From contig JAQGDQ010001565.1 of NCBI GenBank assembly GCA_030141605.1, positions 12,022 through 34,596 on the forward strand: a stretch of 22,575 nt of DNA, given 5' to 3'. The position numbers and the translations under genes were made by a program. Positions within the stretch are counted from its first letter, which is position 1. Every line of letters starts with the position of its first letter. Of the stretch, positions 21,218-22,575 are shown piece after piece. The notes beneath the pieces were generated by a model. The model saw only the letters and a program-made list of their open reading frames with translations. It did not search any database and was not told the DNA's origin. The DNA is from Tubiluchus corallicola (lineage: Eukaryota; Animalia; Priapulida).

Positions 21218-21409
21218 GTATTTTAATTGCTTATTTTTACATATTCATCTGGTATCCTTTCAAAGATATGATAGAAAATATGTATATATCTGAAGGGCAA
21301 CCAGCTGAGTATAATGATGTCACAGTTTGCTGAGCTTCATGTCTGCAAAGCATGTTGCAGCATTAAATTTACAACTAGCCAAACCCCACAAAAAGAATTT
21401 TGTGCACAA

Positions 21410-22155
21410 ATCAACACAAAACCCACACCACACCACTCCACCTCATCACACCACACTGCACCACACCATACCACTCCACCACATCACACCACACTGCACC
21501 ACACCACCCAGCCACCTACACACCACACCACCCACACCATACCACTCCACCACATCACATCACACCACACTGCACCACCACTGCACCACCCACACACCAC
21601 ACCACACCACCCACACCATAATACTCCACCACATCACACCGCACAGCACCACACCATAACACCACACCACACAGCACCACACCATAACACCACACTGCAC
21701 CACACCACCCACCCACCTACACACCACACCGCACCACTCCATACCGCTGCAGCACACCGCACCACCCACACACCACACCACACCATACGACTCCACCACA
21801 TCACACCACACTGCACCACACCATACCACTGCACCGCACCACCCACACACCACACCACACCACCCACACCATACGACTCCACCACATCACACCACACCAT
21901 ACCACTGCACCACACCGCACCACCCACACACCACACCACACCACCCACACCATAATGCTCCACCACATCACACTGCACTGCACCACACCATAACACCACA
22001 CCGCACCACAACACCCACCCACCCACACACCACTCCACCCACTCCATACCACACTACCCACACCACACCCCACACACCCTATCACCCCACCACACCATCC
22101 ATAGCACAACACACAAAGCACACCACCACCACACTGCATCAAATCCACCACCTCA
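21410..22155. repeat. Degenerate (CACCA)n low-complexity tract with internal block duplications
   Basis: The tract is almost entirely C/A on the plus strand. Blocks such as ctccaccacatcacaccacactgcaccacaccata recur. Confidence 0.9.
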
Positions 22156-22575
22156 CGTGGTGATCATGATGTTGATGATGATGGTGGCAACGATGATGAC
22201 ACATATAGCACAAGCACCAATAGCACAGCATTACAACAAAACCATTCCAAACATTTTTCACAAATTTGAAACTATGTGCTATAATATAATAAATAGCAAA
22301 AGATTTTGAGTATAAATACACGTGTAATCAATAATGCGCGAACATCCTACCTAGTCCACATTTATAACACAAAGCCCGTAACATCATGTCTACTCTTTGT
22401 TTAACTAACGCAAAGCCTGTAGCTTTTTGCTGAATTAAAGTTATAAGATTATAGACAGAGTACAATGGATGACGTCACAACAATGGCTTTGCGTCAGCAG
22501 TTTTCTAAGCGAAAATTGCCGAAAATAGAACTCCTAACTAACTCGTTGATACTCCTCTCGGTGGACCTGCCCTAA

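Larger units (their letters stand above)
18062..21374 (+). repeat. Tandem array of ten ~330-bp exon+intron units
   Basis: Exon-to-exon periods are 331, 331, 330, 330, 320, 330, 333, 332 and 331 bp. The introns align along their whole length. Confidence 0.97.

Noticed and set aside
18337-21333. Track ORFs as ten separate small single-EGF genes
   Set aside because: The flanking residues are intron read-through. Indels and stops fall only outside the AG/GT-bounded 123-bp segments.
21314-22151. His/Thr/Pro-rich mucin-like exon or Cys/Gly/Val/Trp-rich protein
   Set aside because: The periodicity is pentameric rather than codon-based, several frames on both strands are open, and there is no convincing acceptor.
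22470-22477. CRE site TGACGTCA as a promoter element
   Set aside because: It is a single 8-mer with no linked transcription start visible and could be chance or part of a repeat at the window edge.

Overview
AT-rich, intron-containing animal genomic DNA. It looks like an invertebrate, but the species cannot be determined from the sequence. Most ORF-track entries are artefacts of repeats. Two divergently oriented genes can be reconstructed from splice sites. (1) A minus-strand gene has three phase-compatible exons (9048-8997, 5665-5562, 191-9) encoding 113 aa of a hydrophilic N-terminus with no recognisable domain, and it runs off the left edge. (2) A plus-strand gene encodes a signal peptide and a somatomedin-B-like domain (16139-16334), then ten near-identical 123-bp calcium-binding-type EGF exons. 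These exons are duplicated together with their introns in ~330-bp units (18062-21374); no stop exon was found. The rest contains a ~103-copy 40-bp satellite, an 87-bp minisatellite, a 20/41/164-bp hierarchical minisatellite, an internally deleted RTE LINE with a 13-bp TSD, and many microsatellites. It also holds four dispersed copies of a covarying stem-loop that precede AATAAA or simple-repeat tails and are probably LINE 3' ends; one copy appears to have seeded the 40-bp satellite. No CRISPR, tRNA or rRNA was found. I cannot claim a new biological system; the EGF exon-intron array, the hairpin family and the intronic satellite are the best leads.
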